Assembly (NCBI GenBank): GCA_041389925.1
Contig: JAWKQX010000006.1
Coordinates: 343,837 to 407,836 of the forward strand
Origin: Kofleriaceae bacterium
GTDB taxonomy: Bacteria > Myxococcota_A > Polyangia > Haliangiales > Haliangiaceae
Direction: 5' to 3'
DNA length: 64,000 bases
How positions within the stretch are numbered: position 1 is the stretch's first letter; the number at the start of each line of letters is the position of its first letter. Under the pieces are notes generated by a model. That model did no database searches and had not been told where the DNA came from. It was given only the letters and a program-made list of their open reading frames with translations. This document shows, piece after piece, positions 57,259 to 64,000 of this stretch. Made by a program: the position numbers and the translations under genes.

Positions 57259-59295
57259 TTGACGGACCGAGGCCATAGCGATGACGCGACGCCCCTCGCG
57301 ACGCCCACGGAGGGCGAGCCGCGCGGCGCGTCGAGGTCGTTCCGCGTCGTGGAGGCGGGCGATCGGCTGGGGCGCTTCGAGCTGCTCGAGGCGATCGGTG
57401 AGGGAGGCATGGCGTCCGTGTTTCGCGCGCGCGATCCGGAGCTGCGGCGCGACGTGGCGATCAAGGTGCTGTTCCCGCACCTGAGCCGTCGCGAGGAGGT
57501 GGTGCGGCGGTTCCAGCGCGAGGCGCGCGCGGCGGCGCGGCTGCACCACCCCGCGATCTTGCAGACCTTCGATGTCGGCGGCGGGGAGGACGGCGAGCCG
57601 CCGCACATCATCATGGAGCTGGTCCGCGGCGCCTCGCTGCACGAGCACCTCGCCGCGCACCCGCCGATGCTCGCCGAGGTCGTCGCGTGCCTCGGGGTGG
57701 TGATCGCCGAGGCGCTGGCGGTCGCACACGACGCGGGGGTGATCCACCGCGACCTCAAGCCGGGCAACCTGCTGGTGTCGCAGGACGGGCGCGTGCTCCT
57801 CGCGGATTTCGGGGTGGCGCACGTGGAGCGCGATGAGTCGCTGGCGACGCGCACGGGCGCGGTGCTCGGCACGCCCGCGTACATGAGTCCGGAGCAGGCC
57901 TCCGGCGAGGACATCGACGGGCGGAGCGATCTGTACTCGCTGGGCGCCACGCTCTATCACGTCGCCACCGGCGCGCCGCCGTACAGCGGCTCGGCGATGA
58001 AGGTGATGTCGTCGCTCGCCACGCCGGGGGCGCTGGTGCCGCCCGCGCAGCGACGCGCGGCGATCGGTCGCCCTCTATCGGACGCGATCCTGAGGCTGAT
58101 GGCGCACGATCCGGCCGCGCGGCCGGCGACGGCGCGCGAGGCCGCAGAGCTCTTGCGGCCGCTGACCGCGCCGCTCGGGGAGCCGGCGGCGGCGCTGGAG
58201 GCGTACTGCCGCGAGCCGGCGAGCTACGTGGAGGCGGCGACGCCGCGCGTCGTGACCCGCCTCCTCGATGACGCGCGCGCGGCGCAGCGGGCCGGGCGGC
58301 TCGCCGGCGCGCTGGCGCTGGTGGACCGCGCCGCGCAGCTCGCGCCTGAGGACGACGCGGTCGCCACGCTGGTCCGCGACGTCACCGCGCGGCGCGGCCG
58401 CGTCGTCGGGGTGCGTCGCGCGGCCGCGGTCGCGCTCGTCGCGGTCGCCGCGTTTGGCGCCGTCGCGGCGATCGTCCTCGGCGGGCGCGCGCCGGGCGGC
58501 ACGGCGACGCCGAGCGAGGCGGCCTCGGCGGCGGGGGCGGTCGACGCCGCGCTCGGCCTCGTCGACGCCAGCCCGGCCTCGGCGAGCGCCGCGCCCGGCG
58601 ACGCGGCGCCCGCGGACGCCCGCCTCAGCGACGCCGAGCGCGCCGAGGTCGCCGAGCGCGCCGAGGTCGCCGAGCGCGCCGAGCTCCATGACGCCCAGCC
58701 CGCGCGAGCGCGCCCCTCTACGCCGGACGCCGCGCGGCGCCGCCCGCCGCCCGAGGTCGTCGGGGCGCGCCCCGAGGTCGTCGCGGACGCCGCGCCATCC
58801 CCCTCCGCGAGCGCGACCCCGAGCGAGCCCGCGACGTCGCCGCCGGTCGAGCCCGCGGGCGCCGCGGAGCCGCGGCGCGGCGCGGCCATCTTCGCGATGG
58901 ACGCCTGGTGCGAGCTCAGCGTCGACGGCGTCCGCCGGGGCCGCGCCGATCGAACCGCGGCGATCCCGCTCGCCGAAGGGCCGCACGCCGCGGTGTGCAC
59001 GCAAGGCCCGGGGCTCGGCGAGTGGCGCGGTGCGTTCGAGGTTCGCGCGGGCGAGACTCGCGAGGTCCGCGGCGCGCTGCGGCGGCAGGTGCGGGTCACC
59101 GTCTCGGTGTCTGGCACCTCGGTCACCATCGCAGGCAAGACGATCGACAACCGCGCCCAGGTGTCGCTCGACAACGGTCGCCACCGCGTCACGATCCTGC
59201 GCGGGGCGAAGGACATCGGCGGCGGCTGGGTCTCGATTCCGCGGGTGGCGAGCTGCACGCTCCGCGACCAGCCGGTGCTGGACTGCTATCCATGA
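57259..59295 (+). CDS. Ser/Thr protein kinase with TM segment and C-terminal extracytoplasmic beta-rich domain
   Basis: Motifs GEGGMASVF...AIK, HRDLKPGN and DFG. TM is AAVALVAVAAFGAVAAIVL. Contains an (AERAEV)n repeat. Start uncertain (TTG 57259 or downstream GTG). Confidence 0.7.
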   Translation: MTDRGHSDDATPLATPTEGEPRGASRSFRVVEAGDRLGRFELLEAIGEGGMASVFRARDPELRRDVAIKVLFPHLSRREEVVRRFQREARAAARLHHPAILQTFDVGGGEDGEPPHIIMELVRGASLHEHLAAHPPMLAEVVACLGVVIAEALAVAHDAGVIHRDLKPGNLLVSQDGRVLLADFGVAHVERDESLATRTGAVLGTPAYMSPEQASGEDIDGRSDLYSLGATLYHVATGAPPYSGSAMKVMSSLATPGALVPPAQRRAAIGRPLSDAILRLMAHDPAARPATAREAAELLRPLTAPLGEPAAALEAYCREPASYVEAATPRVVTRLLDDARAAQRAGRLAGALALVDRAAQLAPEDDAVATLVRDVTARRGRVVGVRRAAAVALVAVAAFGAVAAIVLGGRAPGGTATPSEAASAAGAVDAALGLVDASPASASAAPGDAAPADARLSDAERAEVAERAEVAERAELHDAQPARARPSTPDAARRRPPPEVVGARPEVVADAAPSPSASATPSEPATSPPVEPAGAAEPRRGAAIFAMDAWCELSVDGVRRGRADRTAAIPLAEGPHAAVCTQGPGLGEWRGAFEVRAGETREVRGALRRQVRVTVSVSGTSVTIAGKTIDNRAQVSLDNGRHRVTILRGAKDIGGGWVSIPRVASCTLRDQPVLDCYP

Positions 59296-59412
59296 CCCGG
59301 CCTTCCGGACATCGTTGTCATACCGCCGGCGGGTCGACGCCTCGGCCGAGGTCGCCGGGCCCCGCAGACCAGCCACTTGCGCTTGGCAAAGCAGTTGCAA
59401 GCTAGGAGTTCC

Positions 59413-60498
59413 ATGCGTCGTTCGTCGAACGTAGCCAGAGGGGGCGCGGTCGGGCTGCTCGCCTGGCTGGGGGCCGGCTGTCTCTACTTGCACGACGTCA
59501 ACCAGCGGCCGGCGATCGAGATCGTCCGCCGGACCACCACGGCGATCGAGCGCGGCGCGCCGGTGGAGCTGGAGGCGCAGGTGCAGGATCCGGACTCCAA
59601 CGAGGTGACCCTCCAGTGGCGCGCCTACGCCTGCGGCGCGACCACCGCGCTTTGTGACGACGTGCCGTTCGCAGAGGCCACGCTCGAGACGTTCCGGCCG
59701 ACGGTCCCGTCGCGCACCGCCGGCGCCGAGCCGGTGCGGCACGTGCGGATCACGCTCGACGCATCGGATGAGCACGGCGCCCGAGCGCAGCTCCCCCAGG
59801 TCCTCGAGCTCGACGTGGTCAACGCCACGCCTTCGGTGATGCTGCAGAAGGTGGGCACCGCGGCGGTCCTCGGGCACCCGGTAGAGCTGCGCGCGCTTCG
59901 CCAGGACGCGGACGACCCGGCGACGAGCGTCACGCTCACCTGGCAGCTCTTCGGCCCCGCGGGCTCCGCGCGCCCCGCGCTGCGGCCCGTGCCGAGCGGC
60001 GATCCGGCGGTGGAGGCGCAGGAGTTCACGCCCGACGTCGTCGGCGCGTGGACCCTCATGGTCACCGCGCGCGATCCGGCCGGCGCGGTCGGCACCGGGC
60101 AGCTCGCGTTCGTCATCTCGCCGGATCGGCCGCCGTGTCTGGTGGCGCTGGCGCCGTCCGCGGCCGCGCCACTCGTGCTCGACCAGCTCCGCCGCTTCGC
60201 GGTGGTGGTGGTCGACGATGACCTCGATCCGTTCCCCGCCGAGGGCAGCGGCGCGCGCTTCGCGTGGTCCCTGCTGGCGCCCTCGCGCGGCGCCGGGCGC
60301 GCCGCGCTCGGTGGGCCGAGCGATCACGCCGTCGAGCTCGATCCGGCGACCTTCGTGCCCGGCGAGCTCTTGGAGCTCCGCGTGGAAGTGAGCGACCAGG
60401 TCGCGCGCACGCTGCCGTGCGCGGATGGCGACGCGAGTTGCTCGATCGGGAGCGATGGCTGCGATCAGCGCCGGACGTGGCGAATGGAGGTCCGATGA
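59413..60498 (+). CDS. Lipoprotein, hypothetical (Cys-rich C-terminus)
   Basis: RBS AGGAG. Lipobox WLGAGC. Confidence 0.5.
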   Translation: MRRSSNVARGGAVGLLAWLGAGCLYLHDVNQRPAIEIVRRTTTAIERGAPVELEAQVQDPDSNEVTLQWRAYACGATTALCDDVPFAEATLETFRPTVPSRTAGAEPVRHVRITLDASDEHGARAQLPQVLELDVVNATPSVMLQKVGTAAVLGHPVELRALRQDADDPATSVTLTWQLFGPAGSARPALRPVPSGDPAVEAQEFTPDVVGAWTLMVTARDPAGAVGTGQLAFVISPDRPPCLVALAPSAAAPLVLDQLRRFAVVVVDDDLDPFPAEGSGARFAWSLLAPSRGAGRAALGGPSDHAVELDPATFVPGELLELRVEVSDQVARTLPCADGDASCSIGSDGCDQRRTWRMEVR

Positions 60499-62225
60499 GC
60501 GTCAGGCACCACTTCCTCGCGTCGCTCGCCGGGCTCGCCGGGCTCGCCGGCTGCGCTGGCGACTTCCCGGACCAGAACACCCCTGGCGATGGCTGCGCCG
60601 TCAACATCGTGAGCTCCCCGGAGATCCTGGTCGCGTCGTCGACGTCCCTGGTGCGCCTCGCCGCGGTGGCCGGGGAGCGCCGTCCGTACGGCTACGAGTG
60701 GCAGGTCACTTACGGGGGCCAGCCGATCGAGACCACGCCCGCCAGCGCGGCCTCGTCGGAGATCGAGTTCATCGCGCCGACGCCCGGCATCTACCAGGTG
60801 GCGGTCCGCGCCGTCCCAGGCTCGAACTGCGCCGCGCTTCGCGAAGATCTGAACGTGCGCGCGCCCGACGCGGTGCTGCGGCCGTACCGGCTGCGCCTCA
60901 CCCCCTCGACGGACACGGCGGCGGTCGAGGACGTGGTGATCACCGTGCCCTCCGGCGCCGACTTCTCCTACGGCCGCCGCGCGCTCACCGAGGCGGTGTC
61001 GACGCCTGGCGCGGTGCGACTAGGCGAGGCGCCCCTGCCGGCCTACCTGCGCTTCACCGGCGTCGGCAGCGCGGAGCCGCTCGCCGAGGTGGCCGCCGGC
61101 GCCGACGGCGCGTTCTCGGCGCCGCTCATCGCCGGCCCGCACGACGTCCTGGTGGTGCCGACGTCGGACGTCGCGCCGATGCGCTTCGCGGCGTGGGCCC
61201 CGGCGCGCGGACCGCTCGTCGTCGTCCCCGGCGTGACCGTCTCCGGCGTGGTGCGCGACGCCGTCGGTCCGCTGGCCGGCGCGCGGGTGTCGCTGCGCGT
61301 CGACGGCGTGCCGAGCACCGTCGGCGTGAGCGCCGGCGATGGCACCTTCGCCGTGCAGGCGCGCACGGGGACCTCGGTGGAACTGACGGTGATCCCGCCG
61401 CTGGGCAGCGGGCTGCCGCGCCTGGTCGGCAGCTCGACGTCGCTCGATCTGGCGCAGTCGCTGGCGATCCGCTTCGCGGATCTGCCGCGCCGCGATCTCG
61501 GCGGCCTTGAGCTGCGGCGAGGCGGCGCGGTGGCGCCGGGCGCGAGCGTCACGTTCGTCGCCGAGCTGCCCGCGGCGGGCACCGCCACCGCGGGGTCGGC
61601 GGTGACGCTGCGCGGCGTCCTCGCGGTGCGCGCGCAGGCCGCGGCGAATGGTCGCCTGCCCTCGACGCAGGTGGTGGCGACCGCGCTCAGCGCCGTCTTG
61701 CAGCCGGCCGCCGGCGAGCAGGCGGTGGTGACGCTCGACGCGGCCGCGCCGCCGGCCGCGCTCGACGCGCCCCCGATGCAGCAGGTCACCGGCGTGGTGA
61801 CCGCCGGCGGCCAGCCCGCCGTGGGGGCGATGGTCGCGCTGGCGCCGCAAGGCGCGCTCGCGCTCGCGGGCGCGGCGCCACGTACCGAGCGCACCGCCGA
61901 GGATGGCAGCTATGTCCTGCCCGCGGCGCCGGGCGGCAGCTACCGGGCGCGCGTGTCGGATCCGCGGTTCCGCGGCGCGCCGTCCTCGACAGGGCTGATC
62001 TCGGCGGGATCGCAGCCGCCGCACGCGCTCGCGCCGGGGTGGCAGCTCGTCGGCGCGCTCACCCGACCCAGCTCGCTCGCGGGCGCCGCGGGAGTCGGGG
62101 TTGCCGTGTATTGCCCCGAGCTGCTCGGGCAGCCTTCGACGCAGCCGCTCAGCGAGACCGTCACCGGTGTCGATGGACGCTTCCTGCTCGTGGTGCCCGA
62201 CGCGCCGGCGTGCCCGGGCTCGTAG
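60495..62225 (+). CDS. Lipoprotein, hypothetical, with carboxypeptidase-regulatory-like beta-sandwich segments
   Basis: ATGA overlap with the previous stop. Lipobox LAGLAGC. Motifs VSGVVRDAVGPLAGARVSL and TGVDGRFLLVVPD are typical of CarboxypepD_reg-like folds. Confidence 0.5.
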   Translation: MSVRHHFLASLAGLAGLAGCAGDFPDQNTPGDGCAVNIVSSPEILVASSTSLVRLAAVAGERRPYGYEWQVTYGGQPIETTPASAASSEIEFIAPTPGIYQVAVRAVPGSNCAALREDLNVRAPDAVLRPYRLRLTPSTDTAAVEDVVITVPSGADFSYGRRALTEAVSTPGAVRLGEAPLPAYLRFTGVGSAEPLAEVAAGADGAFSAPLIAGPHDVLVVPTSDVAPMRFAAWAPARGPLVVVPGVTVSGVVRDAVGPLAGARVSLRVDGVPSTVGVSAGDGTFAVQARTGTSVELTVIPPLGSGLPRLVGSSTSLDLAQSLAIRFADLPRRDLGGLELRRGGAVAPGASVTFVAELPAAGTATAGSAVTLRGVLAVRAQAAANGRLPSTQVVATALSAVLQPAAGEQAVVTLDAAAPPAALDAPPMQQVTGVVTAGGQPAVGAMVALAPQGALALAGAAPRTERTAEDGSYVLPAAPGGSYRARVSDPRFRGAPSSTGLISAGSQPPHALAPGWQLVGALTRPSSLAGAAGVGVAVYCPELLGQPSTQPLSETVTGVDGRFLLVVPDAPACPGS

Positions 62226-62319
62226 CGCCAGGCGCCGGACGCGCCGGCGCTCGCGAGGGCGCAGCGGCGGACGCACCACGGACCAGCACGGCGTTGGCGT
62301 CGAGAGGGCGCGCTTCGGT

Positions 62320-62520
62320 CGGGTTGCGCCGCGTCGCGTGAAGCGCCGCGCGGCGTGAAGCATCGCGCCCGTGTGCAGGCGCACGGTGGTCCGCGTTTGC
62401 GGGGTCGCGCCGCGCCGCGAGGCTTCGCGCTCGCGGTGAAGGTGGGCCCGCTTCGACCGCGTTTCGCGGAGTTGCGCCGCGCCGCGCGAATCTTCGCAAC
62501 CGCGGTGATGGTGAGCCGAC
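62320..62520. promoter_or_regulatory. Three imperfect direct repeats (GTTGCGCCGCG-N-CGCG...CGGTGAAGG) at ~70-bp spacing upstream of the 62531 gene
   Basis: gggttgcgccgcgtcgcgtgaagcgccgcgcggcgtgaag / gtcgcgccgcgccgcgaggcttcgcgctcgcggtgaagg / gttgcgccgcgccgcgcgaatcttcgcaaccgcggtgatgg. Confidence 0.4.
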
Positions 62521-62530
62521 CCATCGCCCC

Positions 62531-63775
62531 ATGAACCCTGCATCGTCCACGAGCTCCCCCACGGCAGGCGCGGCGCGCGCCGCTCCGATCGCGCGCGGCG
62601 GGGCTGACGGCTTTGACTGGACGACGCTCCTGGACCCCCGCGACGAGGCGCCGGGGCGGGCCGCGGCGCTCGAGCTCCCGCTCGATCTGGACGCGCGCGC
62701 GTCCGCGCCCAACCGCGCGCGCGGGCTCGACGTCGCGGCCGTCGCCGCGCTGTCGGACGACGAGCTGGCGCGGTGCGCGGACGCCCTCGGGCGCGCGCTC
62801 GCGGGGCCGACGCTGAGCGAGGAGCACCGCGCCGCGCTGGTGCGGGTGGAGCACGCGATCGAGGCCGCGCTGGCGTATCGCGGCAGGAGCGCGCTGGCGC
62901 CGATCGAGGACCTCGGCGGCGTGTCCGCCCTCCGGGCCGACGCCGCGGAGCTCCGGCGCTGGATGCGGCGCACCCTGGTGACCGCCGGTTCGTATGCCGC
63001 GGGGCGCGCGTCGATCGCGGCCTGGCTGGCGGGGCACCGCGACGCCGAGACGCGCCGACGCGGGCGCGCGCAGCTCGCGCTGCTCGACGCCGAGGCCGCG
63101 GAGTTTCGCGGCGCGTTCCTCGTGCAGGTGGACGCGAACGCGCAGGCGATGCTCGACGCCGCCTGGCGCGCCGTGGCCGCGGCGCTGCAGCGGTACGGCC
63201 TCGAGCTCGCGACGTGGCAGCTCCAGCGAGCGACCGATCAGGTCGCGGCGGAGCCCGCCGCGGCCGCGCGCATCGCGGACGCGTGGATCGAGGCGGCGTC
63301 CAGCGGCGAGGGGCGCGCCCGCTACGCCGCGCGGGCGTCCCAGCGTCGCGATCTCGCGTGGTGGGCGGAACTGCTGCTGATCCAGCGCGGCCGCGCCCAC
63401 GCGGCCGAGGAGATCTGGGACGCGAGCTGGAGCAAGGCGCTGTACGCGCACTCCATCCTGGCGGGGTGCGCGGCTGGCGGCGCGGCCTCCACCGAGGCGC
63501 TGCGCGCGCTCTGTCGCGACGGAGCTTGCGCGTTCCGCGAGGTCCTGACGCGCCTCCTGCGCGCCCTGGCGCCGCTGCGCGCCACGCAGCGGCAGCTTCG
63601 TCGCGCCTCCCTCGCCGCCATGTCGGTGCCCGCGGCGGTCCAGCTGACCGCGACGAAGATGTTCGTGCCGTCGGGATCCCTGCGGCAGGTGGTCCTCGCC
63701 GATCTGCAGGTGCAGGGCGGCAGGCCGTGCGGGAGCCCCGCGTGCGCAAGCCTACGTCCCGCCGCTGCGAGGTGA
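62531..63775 (+). CDS. Hypothetical protein (Ala/Arg-rich, helical)
   Basis: 414-aa ORF with no motifs I recognise. Preceded by the direct-repeat region. Confidence 0.4.
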   Translation: MNPASSTSSPTAGAARAAPIARGGADGFDWTTLLDPRDEAPGRAAALELPLDLDARASAPNRARGLDVAAVAALSDDELARCADALGRALAGPTLSEEHRAALVRVEHAIEAALAYRGRSALAPIEDLGGVSALRADAAELRRWMRRTLVTAGSYAAGRASIAAWLAGHRDAETRRRGRAQLALLDAEAAEFRGAFLVQVDANAQAMLDAAWRAVAAALQRYGLELATWQLQRATDQVAAEPAAAARIADAWIEAASSGEGRARYAARASQRRDLAWWAELLLIQRGRAHAAEEIWDASWSKALYAHSILAGCAAGGAASTEALRALCRDGACAFREVLTRLLRALAPLRATQRQLRRASLAAMSVPAAVQLTATKMFVPSGSLRQVVLADLQVQGGRPCGSPACASLRPAAAR

Positions 63776-64000
63776 GGTTCCTCGCGCGCGCTGCGTGAAG
63801 CTCCTCGCAGCGAGGCGCCTCGCTGGCGCCGTCGCACATTTCTCACGTTCGCGATGAACAAAGCGCGGCGAGCCCGTCGTACCGGGAAACGGAGGCGCCT
63901 GGCGGAAGCGACGCTCGCGATCGCCGGCGCTTGCGCGTCGAGGAGTCCCTCGACGCTGCGGGCCATCCGTGAGCTTTTCTATCAGGAGAGATGTGCACAT

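Noticed and set aside
63752-64000. 82-aa minus-strand ORF at the window end
   Set aside because: No RBS or motif. The window edge prevents assessment. Left unannotated.

Overview
This is a ~71% GC, gene-dense chromosomal segment with a deltaproteobacterial / Myxococcales-like flavour. Evidence for that: three eukaryotic-like Ser/Thr kinases with PEGA/TPR partners, many lipobox lipoproteins, a Tat-secreted TldD/PmbA pair, ECF sigma factors and sigma-54 promoters. I see no rRNA, tRNA, CRISPR array or transposase. Recognisable housekeeping genes are lnt, tig, amtB, phhB, rlpA, a Wzx-type flippase, a DD-carboxypeptidase, an M16 peptidase and a B12-radical-SAM protein. These sit among many secreted or lipoprotein genes of unknown function.

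The most notable items are:
- a full-length bacterial homologue of the eukaryotic major vault protein (30741-33260);
- an Spx/ArsC-family thioredoxin-fold gene whose CxxC motif reads UGA-T-S-C, with a hairpin just downstream (candidate selenoprotein, or a pseudogene);
- an SdpC/SdpA/SdpB-like (HTTM) antimicrobial-peptide-type cluster with an internal terminator hairpin and an O-antigen-ligase-like membrane protein;
- a STAND NTPase with a C-terminal OmpR-type winged helix (reverse-SARP architecture);
- a Ser/Thr kinase carrying periplasmic PEGA and CXXCH heme-c domains;
- several unusual tandem or inverted repeat tracts, including (GGTGAC)-type microsatellites in opposite orientation 7.5 kb apart and a ~133-bp tandem duplication of a gene's 3' end.

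Many of the long ORFs in the six-frame track are antisense or N-terminally over-extended artefacts of the high GC content. I trimmed them to plausible starts. Hand-derived start coordinates may be off by 1-2 nt.
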